A DNA stretch of 63,995 nucleotides, filler included, from Craspedostauros australis (lineage: Eukaryota), in assembly GCA_030167865.1 (NCBI GenBank). It is 12 parts of 12 records of this genome, joined end to end, with 100 filler letters (N's around TTAATTAATTAA, not from the genome) between each part and the next. Parts side by side here need not be neighbours in the genome. Positions count along the whole stretch, not along the records: positions 62,783 to 63,995 come from JALAGF010006096.1; 11 more parts are not named here. The stretch is one strand, 5' to 3'. Both the position numbers and the translations under genes were made by a program. This document shows, piece by piece, positions 62,934-63,995 of the stretch (position 1 is the stretch's first letter; each line of letters begins with the position of its first letter). The notes beneath the pieces are model-generated. The model was not told where the DNA came from, did no database searches, and was given only the letters and a program-made list of their open reading frames with translations.

Positions 62934-63467
62934 TCGTGCTCACGTCGTGCTCACGTCGTGCTGAAGTCGCGTCCCTTGCTCGTCTCCTTGCTCGTCCCTT
63001 GCTTGTCTCCTTGCTTGTCACTTGCACGTCCCCTTGCTCGTCGATTTCTGAAAAATCGACACCTCCCTTACCGCACTTTACTTATAGAGAGATGTCGCAG
63101 TATCGTAGGTGATCAGTCTGGAGTCGCCGCGATGCAAATCTCTGTTATCAACTGTGTTTCAGAATGATGTTGCAATCAAGATCGAATACGTGTGCTACCA
63201 TGGTATAGATCGTACGCTTGCATTCATGCATTCTAATTTTTGAAAAGTGCACTCTATCGCCCTTGAACATACAACTAGACTAGACATGGTAGTATGGCCC
63301 ATTTNNNNNNNNNNNNNNNNNNNNNNNNNNNNNNNNNNNNNNNNNNNNNNNNNNGTATGGCCCATTTCGCAACATGTCGCACCGACAAAACCGCGGTAAT
63401 TGCGAGAAATTTGGTTGTAACTTGCGCGTCCCCTTGCTTGTCACTTGCGCGTCCCCTTGCTCGTCGA
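62934..63467 (+). repeat. Degenerate short tandem repeats (CGTCCCTTGCT-like) in two blocks
   Basis: TTGCTTGTCACTTGC.CGTCCCCTTGCTCGTCGAT at ~63011-63045 and ~63433-63467, plus (TCGTGCTCACG)n. Confidence 0.6.
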
Positions 63468-63995
63468 TCCGGTCCTCTGTCGTGTCTGTCGCATGTCCAT
63501 GTCGTGCTTGTCGCAGGTCGATGTCATGTCGGTGTCTGTCCNNNNNNNNNNNNNNNNNNNNNNNNNNNNNNNNNNNNNNNNNNNNNNNNNNTTGGCTCCC
63601 CACCAACGAACTCCCCATGTCGTTCCTCACGAAACACATGGCAACGTGCCGACACGCCAGTGTACTTACATGTGTATACTCCGAGAGAGTGTCGCACACG
63701 ACAGAAGACCCATGTTTCTCCACCATGGTCGACTAACAGGACCAAATCAAATAGATACGTTGAGCGTTGAATCTAGACCAACGCTAGATATACACTTATA
63801 CTTGTAGGGGTATAGTGCTTTATGCTCTAGGAAACATCTATGTTCATTCAATGCATACATTTATTAGACAATAAATATAGCAAAACCGATGTACTATTGG
63901 ATATTCCAGGAAAAACGGATGCGTTGAACTATAGTAGGGCAGCGTAGACGTCTACGTATCCCGTGTTTTTGTGTTTCGCATTATCACGCTGCAAC

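Noticed and set aside
1..63995. RNA-guided nuclease (Fanzor/TnpB), tyrosine recombinase or viral capsid genes
   Set aside because: No RuvC, recombinase or capsid motifs recognised in the ORF track. A profile search would be needed to exclude remote homologs.

Overview
Eukaryotic, repeat-rich DNA, most likely from a diatom. This is inferred from CoDi-type Ty1/copia elements, an RNase H-bearing Ambal-like LINE and diatom-like host gene families. It is not one locus: 12 short scaffolds are joined by artificial N44-TTAATTAATTAA-N44 linkers, with many internal N gaps. Most of the window consists of at least 8 fragmentary or nested Ty1/copia elements, one LINE 3' end, and six copies of a ~795-bp LTR-like element that makes 6-bp target-site duplications (TSDs). 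Host-type genes are a ~40-repeat ankyrin gene, two pieces of a STAND/AAA-ATPase family gene and a small hypothetical gene. The most notable item is a very young 662-bp miniature LTR retrotransposon (TRIM, 7946-8607). Its two identical 206-bp LTRs each carry a tRNA-like Pol III cassette, and it has a 5-bp TSD and a polypurine tract (PPT). Its primer-binding site (PBS) is complementary to the anticodon arm of tRNA-Asn. That PBS is shared over 14 nt with a coding copia at 48379-54525, whose LTR has non-canonical TA...TA ends, making it a candidate autonomous partner.
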